From Alphaproteobacteria bacterium (GTDB lineage: Bacteria > Pseudomonadota > Alphaproteobacteria > UBA828), in the NCBI GenBank assembly GCA_965220745.1, contig CBDCQT010000012.1, positions 736,001 through 800,000 of the forward strand: a stretch of DNA of 64,000 nt. The letters run 5' to 3'. This document shows positions 29,680-39,274 of this stretch, piece by piece. Each line of letters begins with the position of its first letter. Positions within the stretch are counted from its first letter, which is position 1. The notes beneath the pieces are model-generated. The model was not told the origin of the DNA, searched no databases, and saw only the letters and a program-made list of their open reading frames with translations. The translations under genes and the position numbers were made by a program.

Positions 29680-32600
29680 ATGAGCATGACCGACGCCGGC
29701 AGCACCAACGCCGGGCCCGCGGCGCAGCCGAGCCCGACTGGCCTCAAGTCGGGACTGATCGCCTACTTCGCCGGCAATCCGGTTGCCGCTAACCTGCTGA
29801 TGATTCTTCTGATCGTTGGTGGCGTGCTTTCGGGCCTCCAACTCATCGTCCAGTACTACCCGGATATCGAAGCGCGGCGGGCCGTCGTTTCAGTGCTGTA
29901 TCCGGGTGCCTCGCCCCAGGAGGTCGAGGAGGACATCAACCGCCGCATCGAGGAGGCCGTCGTCGGGCTGCCGGGCGTCGAGCGCGTGGTGTCGACCGCA
30001 AGCCAGGGCATCGGCAAGGTCATGGTGGAGATGGCGACCTTCGCGGATGCCGACGCCGTCTTCAACGATATTCAGAGTGCGATCGACAGCATCGAGAACT
30101 TTCCGCCAGTCAGGGCGGAACAGCCGGACGTCAAGCTTCTCAAGGTCGCTCACGAAGTCATGACGCTGGCGGTCGTGTCCTCCAGTCTGTCCGAGGACGG
30201 ACTGCGCCTCGCGGCGGAAGACCTGCGCGACAGGGTGTTGGCGCTGCCGTCCGTCTCTCAGGTGGGGCTGAAAGGAACCCGCGACCGCGAGATCACGATC
30301 GAGCTCAGCGAGGAGGAGCTGCGCCGCCACAGCCTTTCCATTGGCGAAGTGTCCAGAAAGGTGAGACAGGCGTCTCTCAACCTCACCATGGGCGAGATAC
30401 GCACGGACACGGGCAGCGTGATCCTGCAAACCGTCGCCAAGAGGAGCGTCGGCCAGGATTTCGAGGACATTCCGCTCATCACGCAGAACGACGGCACGAT
30501 CGTGACGCTCGGCGATGTCGCCACGATTCGCGATGGGTTCGTCGACCAGGAGGTGGTCACCGAGGTGAACGGCCATCCAGCGGTGCTCGTTCGCGTGGAT
30601 GCGACCGAGCAGCAGTCCGTCGTCGAGATGGCCGAAGATATCAGGAATCTGCTCGCGGTCTACAACCCGCCCGAAGGCGTGAGCGTCAGCATCTGGAACG
30701 ACAATGCCACTCCCATATTCGACCGGCTGCTGGAGATCGTGAAGAACGGAGCGATCGGTGCGATCCTGGTGTTCATCAGCCTCGTTCTCGTTTTCGAGCT
30801 CCGTATCGCACTGTGGATGACCGTCGGAATTCCCCTGTCCTTCGTGGGCTCGCTGCTCTTCTTCGATGCTGCAAACCTCACCCTAAATCTCGGCACGATT
30901 TTCGGCTTCTTCCTCCTGGTGGGCATCGTCGTGGACGATTCCGTCGTGGTGGGAGAAAGCATCGCCGCGGAACGCGAGAAGGGGAAGAACGCGCGGGACG
31001 CGGCGATTTCCGGCGCGCGGGCCATGGTAGGTCCGCTCACCATCGGCGCCATCACGACGATTCTGGCCTTCCTGCCGTTCCTCTTCATCACCTCGCCCGC
31101 ATTCCAGATCGTGAACGTGTTCCCCTATGTCGCGATCTTCGTTCTGCTCGTCTCCCTCGTTGCGGCGTTCTTAATCCTCCCGGCGCATCTCTCCCACGGG
31201 AGACGCTGGAGCCTCTCACCGCTGAGCGACGTGCAGAGCCAGGTCGGCGGATGGCTGGACGAGGTGCGCGATAGGGTCGTGGCGCCTGCGGCCTCATGGG
31301 CCGTGCGCAACGTCTGGCTGTCGATCGTTGGCGCACTCCTCGTTCTGGTCGCTGCTGTTCTGCTCCTTGGCTCCGATACCGTTCGGATCGTCCTTTTCGA
31401 CCAAAACCTGAGCAGCACCGACAACGTGCAGGCGGACATCTATCTGCCGGTGGGCGCGCCGTTCGAGGAGACGCTGGCCACAGCCGATCGCTTCGTCGAG
31501 GCGGCGCACAGCCTCAACGACCGGCTGGAGGGCACCCCCGTCGACGCGGTGAGCATGATCGTCGGCAACATCGAGACGGCGCGGAAAATCAGAGAACAGT
31601 TGAACAACAGCCATCTCGCCTCCGTGCGTCTGCATCTCAGCGACCAGGCCGACCGCAGCGCGAGCCCGGCCCAAATCGAGCGCGCGTGGCGCGAGGCCAT
31701 CGGTTCCGTGACGAACCTGGAGAAGGCCGAATTCCGCTCCCGGCGCGTCGAAGTCAGGCCGAGTGTTTCCTATTCGCTCAAGCACGACGACACGGAGACG
31801 TTGAGAAGCGCTGCCGCCGAGTTGAGGGCGGGGATGGCGACCGTGCCGGGCATCTACGGCATCCATGATGATCTGGCGCCGGGCAAGCGCCACTTCGAGA
31901 TCGAGCTGACCCCCGCTGGAAAGGCCGCAGGGCTGACGCCGGCACTGATCGGGAAGCAGCTTCGCTCCAGCTTCCACGGCGCGGACGTCCAGCGCATCCA
32001 GCGGGGCCGCGAGGAAATCAACGTGGTGGTCAGGTATCCGGCCGAGCGGCGCAGCCTGAGCGAGCTCGCCAGCGAACGGATCCAACGGCCGGGCGGCGGC
32101 GAAATGCCGCTCTCGCTGGTGGCGAACATTACCGAGAAGCGCGAGTCGGCGACGCTGACACGGATCGACGGCAAGCGGGCTGCGCGGGTCAATGGGCGGG
32201 CGGACACTGCGGTGATCACGCCGATTCAGGCGCGGCGTGAGGTTCGCGATCAAGTCATCCCCGACCTTCTGGCGAAGTATCCCGGCCTCGCCATCGAGGT
32301 CGAAGCCGGTGCGCGGGACGAGGGCGATATGCTCGAGACGCTGGCGCTTCTCGTCCCCATCGTCCTGATCGCGATCTACGCCCTTATCGCGGCATTCCTG
32401 CGCAGCTACTGGAAGCCGGTGATCGCGGTTGTGGGCATTCCGATCGCGTTCGCAGGTGCGATTGTGAGTCACTGGATACTCGGCTGGGATCTGACCACCA
32501 TGTCGATCTTCGGCATGATTGCCGTCGGCGGCGTGGTCGTGAACGACGCTCTCGTGTTGTTGGACCGCTACAACAAGATCCGGCAGGACAATGCGATGAT

Positions 32601-32832
32601 CCCCGCCATCGCTGCTGCAGCCGCAGCGACACGACAGCGATTCCGGCCGGTGTTCCTGACGACCCTCACCACGCTGCTGGGGCTCTCGCCCCTGCTCTAT
32701 GAGCGCGGCGACGAACTGATCGGATTCGTGCCCTTCGTCGTCAGCATGTTGGGTGGTCTTACGTTCTCCACCCTGTCGATCCTGTTCGTGCTGCCGGCGC
32801 TGGTGATGATCGTCGAGGGCCGCCGGGAGTAG
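29680..32832 (+). CDS. RND efflux permease (AcrB/AcrD/AcrF family)
   Basis: 1050 aa; NPVAANLLM, YPGASPQEVE, GIVVDDSVVVGE, GVVVNDALVL and RFRPVFLTTLTT motifs. Confidence 0.92.
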   Translation: MSMTDAGSTNAGPAAQPSPTGLKSGLIAYFAGNPVAANLLMILLIVGGVLSGLQLIVQYYPDIEARRAVVSVLYPGASPQEVEEDINRRIEEAVVGLPGVERVVSTASQGIGKVMVEMATFADADAVFNDIQSAIDSIENFPPVRAEQPDVKLLKVAHEVMTLAVVSSSLSEDGLRLAAEDLRDRVLALPSVSQVGLKGTRDREITIELSEEELRRHSLSIGEVSRKVRQASLNLTMGEIRTDTGSVILQTVAKRSVGQDFEDIPLITQNDGTIVTLGDVATIRDGFVDQEVVTEVNGHPAVLVRVDATEQQSVVEMAEDIRNLLAVYNPPEGVSVSIWNDNATPIFDRLLEIVKNGAIGAILVFISLVLVFELRIALWMTVGIPLSFVGSLLFFDAANLTLNLGTIFGFFLLVGIVVDDSVVVGESIAAEREKGKNARDAAISGARAMVGPLTIGAITTILAFLPFLFITSPAFQIVNVFPYVAIFVLLVSLVAAFLILPAHLSHGRRWSLSPLSDVQSQVGGWLDEVRDRVVAPAASWAVRNVWLSIVGALLVLVAAVLLLGSDTVRIVLFDQNLSSTDNVQADIYLPVGAPFEETLATADRFVEAAHSLNDRLEGTPVDAVSMIVGNIETARKIREQLNNSHLASVRLHLSDQADRSASPAQIERAWREAIGSVTNLEKAEFRSRRVEVRPSVSYSLKHDDTETLRSAAAELRAGMATVPGIYGIHDDLAPGKRHFEIELTPAGKAAGLTPALIGKQLRSSFHGADVQRIQRGREEINVVVRYPAERRSLSELASERIQRPGGGEMPLSLVANITEKRESATLTRIDGKRAARVNGRADTAVITPIQARREVRDQVIPDLLAKYPGLAIEVEAGARDEGDMLETLALLVPIVLIAIYALIAAFLRSYWKPVIAVVGIPIAFAGAIVSHWILGWDLTTMSIFGMIAVGGVVVNDALVLLDRYNKIRQDNAMIPAIAAAAAATRQRFRPVFLTTLTTLLGLSPLLYERGDELIGFVPFVVSMLGGLTFSTLSILFVLPALVMIVEGRRE

Positions 32833-32879
32833 TCCTAGCCCCGGCCAACGATCGTCCCGCGTAGGTTCTCGGCTGCGCG

Positions 32880-33353
32880 CTACGCCTTCACGATCGTCGC
32901 CTGGTGATCCACCGGGAAGTTGACCGAGCGGGCGACGAAGCAGTTGGCGTTGGCCTGCGCGTGCAGGCCCGCTGCGGCCTCGGCATCGCTCTCGGCCGTG
33001 ATCGTCACGCGTGGCCTGAGCCTGACCCGCGTGAACTCGCCCTCGCCCATGGGGGGATGGGTCTGCATCGTGCCCTCGGCCGAGTCCTCGTAGGCGGTAA
33101 CGACGATGCCGGCGGCGGAGCAGAGGTGCAGGTACCAGAGCATGTGACAGGCGGAGAGCGCGGCCACCAGCAGGTCCTCCGGATTGTGTCGGCTCGCGTC
33201 GCCCCGATAGGCGGAGTCCGCCGATCCCGCAATCGTCGGCTTGCCGGCGCAGGCGATGTCGTAGTCGCGCGTGTACGCCTTGTAGCCGGCCGTGCCCTGG
33301 CCGCTGTTTCCTGTCCAGGTCACCGTTGCGCTGTAACTGTGTTCCCGCGCCAT
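32880..33353 (-). CDS. OsmC family protein
   Basis: NPEDLLVAALSACHMLWYL and CFVARSVN motifs; CAGGAG RBS. Confidence 0.88.
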   Translation of the reverse strand: MAREHSYSATVTWTGNSGQGTAGYKAYTRDYDIACAGKPTIAGSADSAYRGDASRHNPEDLLVAALSACHMLWYLHLCSAAGIVVTAYEDSAEGTMQTHPPMGEGEFTRVRLRPRVTITAESDAEAAAGLHAQANANCFVARSVNFPVDHQATIVKA

Positions 33354-33458
33354 GCCTGTCTCCTGCTTCCCCGACATCTGACCCGACGATAGCGATGACG
33401 TCCCGAACATGCGACGCCGGCCGATCGGTTGCACGACCGGCCGGCGCGCAACACGTGT

Positions 33459-34019
33459 TCAGTAATCCTGCTTCGCGCTGAAATCCTGCTTTACGCTGAC
33501 TTGCACGGTCGCGACCGCGTCGGCGACTGGCTCGATGGTCTTGCGGCCCTCATCGTAGCCGATATCGAAGCGGTCGAGGCCGACGGACATGGGCTCGCCG
33601 TTCAACTGCACGACCGCCGTCACGTAGTGGTCCTCGTACATGGTGGGTGCCACCATCACCAGCACACGGACTTCCTCCGCGTGGCTCGCCACCTCGAAGG
33701 TGATGGACTTGCCCGGCGCGAGCAGGACGCCGGGGGGGCCGTCCATGCCGTGGGCGACCGCGGCCTCGGCGCCGATGGCCTCTGCGAGCATTCCGGGGTC
33801 TCCGGTCAGAATCTGGTGCTCCGCTTCCGGCGAGACGTAACGCTCGACGAAGATCTTTCCGTCTTCGGAAACCGGCGCCACCAGCACCGGCGCGAGCAGC
33901 TCATCCTCCATGTTGTTCGTGACCGTGACCTCGTAGGACATATGCGAGGATGCCAGGCTGACCCCGGTCGTCAGGCCAACGACGGCAGCCATTGCCGTCA
34001 ACCCAAAGAGATACTTCAT
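33459..34019 (-). CDS. Secreted spondin_N-like protein
   Basis: Signal peptide MKYLFG...SLA; YEVTVTN, APVLV, GD, APGKSITFEV, MVAPT and FDIGYDE follow the bacterial spondin pattern; GAGGAG RBS. Confidence 0.6.
   Translation of the reverse strand: MKYLFGLTAMAAVVGLTTGVSLASSHMSYEVTVTNNMEDELLAPVLVAPVSEDGKIFVERYVSPEAEHQILTGDPGMLAEAIGAEAAVAHGMDGPPGVLLAPGKSITFEVASHAEEVRVLVMVAPTMYEDHYVTAVVQLNGEPMSVGLDRFDIGYDEGRKTIEPVADAVATVQVSVKQDFSAKQDY
33464..33499. repeat. 18-bp tandem duplication at the 3' end of the spondin-like gene
   Basis: AATCCTGCTTCGCGCTGA / AATCCTGCTTTACGCTGA (16 of 18 identical), giving SVKQDF-SAKQDY. Confidence 0.75.
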
Positions 34020-34331
34020 GTGCTCACTCTCCTCTGAGGGCGGGAGGACGCGACGCGCTACTCCGCCTGTTTCGTGCCGCGCGGGGGAGAGAGTTCCACC
34101 GCGCCTCCCTTGCTGCTGAGGTAGGCGCCGCCCCAGGCGGTTACAACTGGCGCGCCGACCGTTATGACGATACGCGTTCCCCAATTGCGAACCGCCGCAT
34201 AGCCGGGCAGACTCCCGCCGACAGCGCGCGACGGCGAAAGGCTCTCGGTTGTCGAGAGGACGGTTGCGTGCGGGAGCAACTGTTCTGCGCCGAGGCCGAA
34301 AGCCGGCGCGCATAGAGGGAGGAAAGCGACC

Positions 34332-35693
34332 ATGATCATCAGACGCCGCGGAACACGCAGAGAGGAAGGCGCGCGCAAGCGCTTCATCGCGAGCAGGCGT
34401 AACTTCATGAAGGGCGCGGGGCTCGCCGGTTTCGGCGCCGCCGCCATGTCGAGCGGTCTGCTGGCCGACATCAACGACGGCGTCCGCGCCGAGGGCGAGC
34501 CGATCCCGGTCGGCGGCTGCGTGCCGCTCACCGGCTGGGCCGCCGCCGACGGTCTCTCGTTCAAGAGCGGGCTCGAGCTCGCCTGCGAGGAGATCAACAT
34601 GATGGGCGGCATCCTGGGCCGGCCGCTCGCGCCGGTCTTCGAGGACAGCAAGGAGCAGGGCGCCGACAACATCATCCCGGCGATGCAGCGCCTGCTCGAC
34701 CGTCACGAGGTGCACGCCATCATCAACGGCTACAACACCGGCGCCGTCACAGCGGAATACGACACGATCGCCGATGCCGGCGTGCCCTATCTCCACCACA
34801 ACACCGACATCGTGCATCACGAGACGGTGGGCAGCGATCCCGAGCTCTACTTCAGCAACTTCATGGCCGACCCTGCCGAGTACTGGTACGGCGAGGGCTT
34901 CATGAAGTTCATCAGCGACCTCAACGACACCGGCAAGTGGGAGGCGCCCAACAAGAAGGTCGCCATCGTCACCGGCTCGCAGAACTACAGCGTGGTGATC
35001 GCCAACGCGATGCGCGATTCGGCGGAGAAGTACGGCTGGGAGATCAGCCTCTACGAGACCGTGGTGGTGCCGATCTCCGAATGGGGGCCGACGCTGCAGA
35101 AGATCCGCAACGATCCGCCGGCGGCCATCGCGATCACCCACTGGGTGCCGCAGGATCTGGCGCAGTTCATGATGCAGTTCGTGCCCAACCCGACGCCGAG
35201 CCTGGTCTACATGCAGTACGGCCCGCTGCTCGCGGCCTTCCGCGAGATCGGCAAGGAGGCCACCAACGGCGTGCTCTTCGCCACCGTGGTCGGCGCGCTG
35301 CAGGACGAGATCGGCCAGGATTACTCCGCGCGGTTCAACGCGAAGTTCGGCGAGAGCGCGAGCCCGCTCACCGGCTCTCAGCCCTATGACTCGTGCCACT
35401 ACTGGGCGATCGCGGCGGCCATGGCCGGCGGCACCGGGGCGCCCGGCGAGTTCGAGCAGAACGAGAAGGTATGCGATCGCATTCGCCGCAACATCTATCG
35501 CGGCGTGCAGGGCGCGACGGCGTTCGTGCTGCCCTACCAGGCGGCCCGGACCTATCCGACCGAGACCCGCGATGCCTCGCTCGGCATGCCGCATCAGTTC
35601 CTCCAGGTCCAGAACCACCTGGAGCAGGGCAAGCTGATCGCGCCGGAGCCGTACGAGACGGCTGCGTTCCAGGTCCCGCCGTGGATTAGCTGA
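34332..35693 (+). CDS. Branched-chain amino acid-type (Liv) ABC substrate-binding protein with Tat signal
   Basis: SRRNFMK twin-arginine motif; PIPVG..VPLTG and EEIN..GGILGRP motifs; GGAGG RBS. Confidence 0.88.
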   Translation: MIIRRRGTRREEGARKRFIASRRNFMKGAGLAGFGAAAMSSGLLADINDGVRAEGEPIPVGGCVPLTGWAAADGLSFKSGLELACEEINMMGGILGRPLAPVFEDSKEQGADNIIPAMQRLLDRHEVHAIINGYNTGAVTAEYDTIADAGVPYLHHNTDIVHHETVGSDPELYFSNFMADPAEYWYGEGFMKFISDLNDTGKWEAPNKKVAIVTGSQNYSVVIANAMRDSAEKYGWEISLYETVVVPISEWGPTLQKIRNDPPAAIAITHWVPQDLAQFMMQFVPNPTPSLVYMQYGPLLAAFREIGKEATNGVLFATVVGALQDEIGQDYSARFNAKFGESASPLTGSQPYDSCHYWAIAAAMAGGTGAPGEFEQNEKVCDRIRRNIYRGVQGATAFVLPYQAARTYPTETRDASLGMPHQFLQVQNHLEQGKLIAPEPYETAAFQVPPWIS

Positions 35694-35701
35694 GACCTGC
35701 C

Positions 35702-36526
35702 ATGGAGCGGACGGCGTCCGAGCCGCTACTCTCCTGCCAGGGCGTCGACAAGTATTTCGGCGCCCTGGCCGCCGTTCGCGATATGACCTTCGACGTCTTC
35801 CCGGGCGAGGCGCTCGGGATCGGCGGGCCCAACGGTGCCGGCAAGACGACGCTGTTCGACGTCATCTCGGGGCTAAACCCGGCCACGGCCGGCAGCATCA
35901 CTTTCGACGGCAGGACCATTACGCGTGCGACACCGGACCGTACCTGCCAGCTCGGCATGGCGCGCACGTTTCAGCTGAACGCCGGTTTCGACACGCTTTC
36001 GGCACGCGAGAACACGCTGATCGCGGCCTATTTCGGGCGCCACAATCGGCTGGTTCCCGGCATGCGCTTCGACCGGGAAACCCAGCGCCTCGCCGACGAG
36101 GCGATGGAGTTCGTCGGCCTCGATGAGGTCGCCCACGAAGCGACGCAGACGCTTCCCGTCTATCACCGCAAGCTCCTGATGGTGGCGGGCGCGCTCGCCA
36201 CCCAGCCCAAGATGCTGTTGATGGACGAGCCGGTCGGCGGCCTCAATCCACGAGAGATCGACGACGTGATGGCGCTCGTCCGGCGGCTCAAGGAGCGCGG
36301 CCTCACCATCATGCTCATCGAGCACGTGATGCGCTTCCTGGTCAGGCTCTCGGACCGGGTGCTGATCATGCACCACGGCGAGAAGATCTTCGAAGGCTCG
36401 GCTTCGGGCCTCGTCTACGACAAGACCGTGGTCGACGTCTATCTGGGGGAGGGCTCGTCGCGGCGGCTCCGACACCTGCTCGAAGACCAGCCGTCGCCCG
36501 ACGAGGGCGCGCCGGGCGCCCCCTGA
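35702..36526 (+). CDS. Liv-type ABC ATP-binding protein (LivG-like)
   Basis: GPNGAGKTT, GMARTFQ, LMDEPVGGL and IEHVM motifs. Confidence 0.9.
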   Translation: MERTASEPLLSCQGVDKYFGALAAVRDMTFDVFPGEALGIGGPNGAGKTTLFDVISGLNPATAGSITFDGRTITRATPDRTCQLGMARTFQLNAGFDTLSARENTLIAAYFGRHNRLVPGMRFDRETQRLADEAMEFVGLDEVAHEATQTLPVYHRKLLMVAGALATQPKMLLMDEPVGGLNPREIDDVMALVRRLKERGLTIMLIEHVMRFLVRLSDRVLIMHHGEKIFEGSASGLVYDKTVVDVYLGEGSSRRLRHLLEDQPSPDEGAPGAP

Positions 36527-36544
36527 GCGGCGCTTGAGGGGAGC

Positions 36545-37261
36545 ATGAGCGAGCCGTTGCTCGAAGTCGACTCGCTCGACGCCGGCTATCACGGCCAGCG
36601 CGTGCTGCGCGACATCTCGTTCGGGGTGCCCGACGGCGGCCTCATCACCATCATCGGACCCAACGGCCACGGCAAGACGACGCTGCTGCGCGCCGTCTCC
36701 GGCCTGATTCATCCGATGGCGGGGGAGATTCGCTTCGACGGCAAGGCGCTCGGCCGCGCGCGGGTGGATCAGATCGTGGCGCGCGGCATCGTGCACATCC
36801 CGCAGGGGGACATGATCTTCTCGGAGATGACGGTGCGCGACAATCTCCTGATGGGGGCCTACCTGCCCGTGCCCTTCCGCCAGGCCGACGCGAACCTGAA
36901 GGAGGTCTACGCACTGCTGCCCAGGCTGGAGGAGCGGGAGAGCCAGACCGCGTCCACGCTCTCCGGCGGCGAGCGGCGGATGCTGGCCATCGGGCGCGGG
37001 ATGATGACAGGCGGGCGCATCCTGCTGATCGACGAGCCCTCGCTGGGCCTCGCCCCCATCGCGATCGACACCATCTACGGCCTGATCCAGACGCTCAAGG
37101 AAGCGGGCCGGACGATCCTTCTGGTGGAGGAGAACGCGAGCCGCGTCGCCGATCTCGCGGATCGCATCTATCTGCTCGACCACGGCGAATTCGTCTGGCA
37201 GGGCACCGCCAGCGAGCTCGACCTCCACGAGGAAATCGTCGAGACCTATCTCGGAGCCTGA
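36545..37261 (+). CDS. Liv-type ABC ATP-binding protein (LivF-like)
   Basis: GPNGHGKTT, LSGGERRML and DEPSLGLAP motifs. Confidence 0.9.
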   Translation: MSEPLLEVDSLDAGYHGQRVLRDISFGVPDGGLITIIGPNGHGKTTLLRAVSGLIHPMAGEIRFDGKALGRARVDQIVARGIVHIPQGDMIFSEMTVRDNLLMGAYLPVPFRQADANLKEVYALLPRLEERESQTASTLSGGERRMLAIGRGMMTGGRILLIDEPSLGLAPIAIDTIYGLIQTLKEAGRTILLVEENASRVADLADRIYLLDHGEFVWQGTASELDLHEEIVETYLGA

Positions 37262-37270
37262 GGCGGCGCG

Positions 37271-38149
37271 GTGGAAACCTTCGTTCAGATCCTCGTCAGC
37301 GGGCTCACGCTCGGCGCCATGTACGCCGCGAGCAGCATCGGGCTCTCGCTCGTGTGGGGGGCGATGGGTGTGCTCAACATGGCCCACGGCGCCCTGCTCA
37401 CCATCGGCGGCTATGCCTCCTATTCGGCAGTGATCCACCTGGGCCTGCCCTGGTACCTCGGGCTGCCGGCGGCGATGATCGTGAGCTTCGTGGTGGGGCT
37501 CCTGATCTACCACATCATCTTCCGCTTCATGTACCGGCACCCGGCGTTCGAGACCAACGTCATCATCGCGACCGTCGGCCTCGCCATCTTCCTCGAACAG
37601 GTGACGCTGCTGATCTACGGCGCCTATCCGTTTCTCCAGCCCTTCTCCATCGAGGAAGGCTTCTTCGTCTCCGGTGTCTTCATCCGCTTCCAGAACGTGG
37701 TGATCCTGGTCCTCGCGGTGGTCACCATGCTGCTGGTCGCAGCGTTGCTCTCGCGCACGCGCATGGGCCGCGCCATCCGGGCGACGGCGCTGAATCGCGA
37801 GGCGGCGCAGCTCATGGGTGTCAATGTCGGGCGGGTCTTCGCCCAAGTGATGGGGATCGCCGGCGTCGTGGCCGCAATCTCGGGCGTCATGCTGAGCTCG
37901 ATCACGACGCTCGCGCCGACCATGGGCTACGACCCCATGCTCAAGGCCTTCATCATCTGCGTCATCGCGGGGCTCGGTAACGTGCCCGGCGCGCTCATCG
38001 CCGCCTTCGTGCTCGGCCTGTTCGAGTCCGTGGTGCAGTTCGCCGTCGGCGTTCGCTTCGGGTTTCCTGCGCTGCTGCTGCTGGTCATCATCGCGCTGAT
38101 CTGGCGGCCCTACGGTGTGTTCGGGCGCCGCCAGGTGCGCCGCGTCTGA
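37271..38149 (+). CDS. Liv-type ABC permease (LivH-like)
   Basis: GLSLVWG..LNMAHG, TRMGRAIRA and GLGNVPGA motifs; hydrophobic. Confidence 0.9.
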   Translation: METFVQILVSGLTLGAMYAASSIGLSLVWGAMGVLNMAHGALLTIGGYASYSAVIHLGLPWYLGLPAAMIVSFVVGLLIYHIIFRFMYRHPAFETNVIIATVGLAIFLEQVTLLIYGAYPFLQPFSIEEGFFVSGVFIRFQNVVILVLAVVTMLLVAALLSRTRMGRAIRATALNREAAQLMGVNVGRVFAQVMGIAGVVAAISGVMLSSITTLAPTMGYDPMLKAFIICVIAGLGNVPGALIAAFVLGLFESVVQFAVGVRFGFPALLLLVIIALIWRPYGVFGRRQVRRV

Positions 38150-39213
38150 TGTTCGAGACGGGCCCCAACTGGCGGCGGGACGTCGCCTTCGGCGTCGTGC
38201 TCATCGCGGTGATGATCGCGATCCCGCTCCTTGGGCCGTCGCGCTATTTCATCGGCCAGCTCACGCTCTTCTTCATCTGGGCGACGGTGGTTTCCCAGTG
38301 GAACCTGGTATTCGGCGTCGCCGGCGTTTTCTCGCTGGCGCAGATGGCGATCTTCGCCTTCGGCGGCTTCGCCACAGGGATGATGGGGCTCTACCTCGAC
38401 ATCTCGCTCTGGATCGCGCTGCCGCTTGCCGGCGTGGGCTCGATCCTGTTCAGCCTCATCATCGGGCTCGCATGCCTCAGGCTGCGCGGCCCCTACGTGG
38501 CGCTGCTGACGCTTGCCATCGCCCAGGTGATGTACCTGCTGATCATCACCGACACCGCCTGCTTCTACATGGAGGGTGTGACCTGCCGTAATTTCACGGG
38601 CGGCACGCGCGGCCTCGCCAAATTCGGCGACTTCGGCTTCCGCGAGATGCTCGGCCGCCGCGAGTACCTGAAGGGCGATTATTACCTCTCGCTCTTCCTG
38701 CTCGTGTTGGCGACGGGCTTCTCCTTCGCCATCATTCGCAGCCCGTTGGGCTTCGCCTTTCGGGCGCTGCGCGACAATCCTGAATACGGTGTCTCGCGCG
38801 GGCTCAACCGCTTCAAGTACCAGCTCCTCGTGTTCGCCATGACGGCCTTCTTCACCGGGCTCGCGGGCGGCGTCTTTGCCGGGCACTTCCGGGTCATCGG
38901 CGCCAACGTTCTGTCGCTGCCGCTGCTGCTCTTCCTGATCTCGATGATGGTGGTGGGCGGGCTGGGGCGGGCCTGGGGGCCAATCCTGGGCGCCGCCCTG
39001 GTGATGCTGGCAGACGAGGGGATGAAGGACTTCGTCGAGATCAGGAACATGGGCTATGGCGCGCTGATCGTCGCCATCGTCGTGCTCCTGCCCCAAGGGG
39101 CTGCGGGCGGGCTGGAGCAGGTGTGGGAATGGGGGCGCCGGCAGGTGCTCGCGCTGTGGGGAGGCGCCGGGCGCCCGGCCGCCAGGCGTGCCGGCGAGGA
39201 GCGGCGCGAGTGA
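38149..39213 (+). CDS. Liv-type ABC permease (LivM-like)
   Basis: WNLVFGVAGVFSL, LRLRGPYVALLTL, SPLGFAFRALRDN and VVGGLG motifs. Confidence 0.9.
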   Translation: MFETGPNWRRDVAFGVVLIAVMIAIPLLGPSRYFIGQLTLFFIWATVVSQWNLVFGVAGVFSLAQMAIFAFGGFATGMMGLYLDISLWIALPLAGVGSILFSLIIGLACLRLRGPYVALLTLAIAQVMYLLIITDTACFYMEGVTCRNFTGGTRGLAKFGDFGFREMLGRREYLKGDYYLSLFLLVLATGFSFAIIRSPLGFAFRALRDNPEYGVSRGLNRFKYQLLVFAMTAFFTGLAGGVFAGHFRVIGANVLSLPLLLFLISMMVVGGLGRAWGPILGAALVMLADEGMKDFVEIRNMGYGALIVAIVVLLPQGAAGGLEQVWEWGRRQVLALWGGAGRPAARRAGEERRE

Positions 39214-39274
39214 CGGCCGGTGCCGGCCTCGTCATCGCCGCCAACGTCCTCTAACCAACCACGGAATGCGTGCA

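Noticed and set aside
34075-34325. Possible glycine riboswitch upstream of the Liv-type operon (GGGAGAG, CGCCGA, CTCTCGG; stems CTCCCGC/GCGGGAG and CTCTCG/CGAGAG)
   Set aside because: The CCGAAG and CTCTCAGG cores and their spacing are not present. Only generic GC-rich hairpins remain; an Infernal search would settle it.
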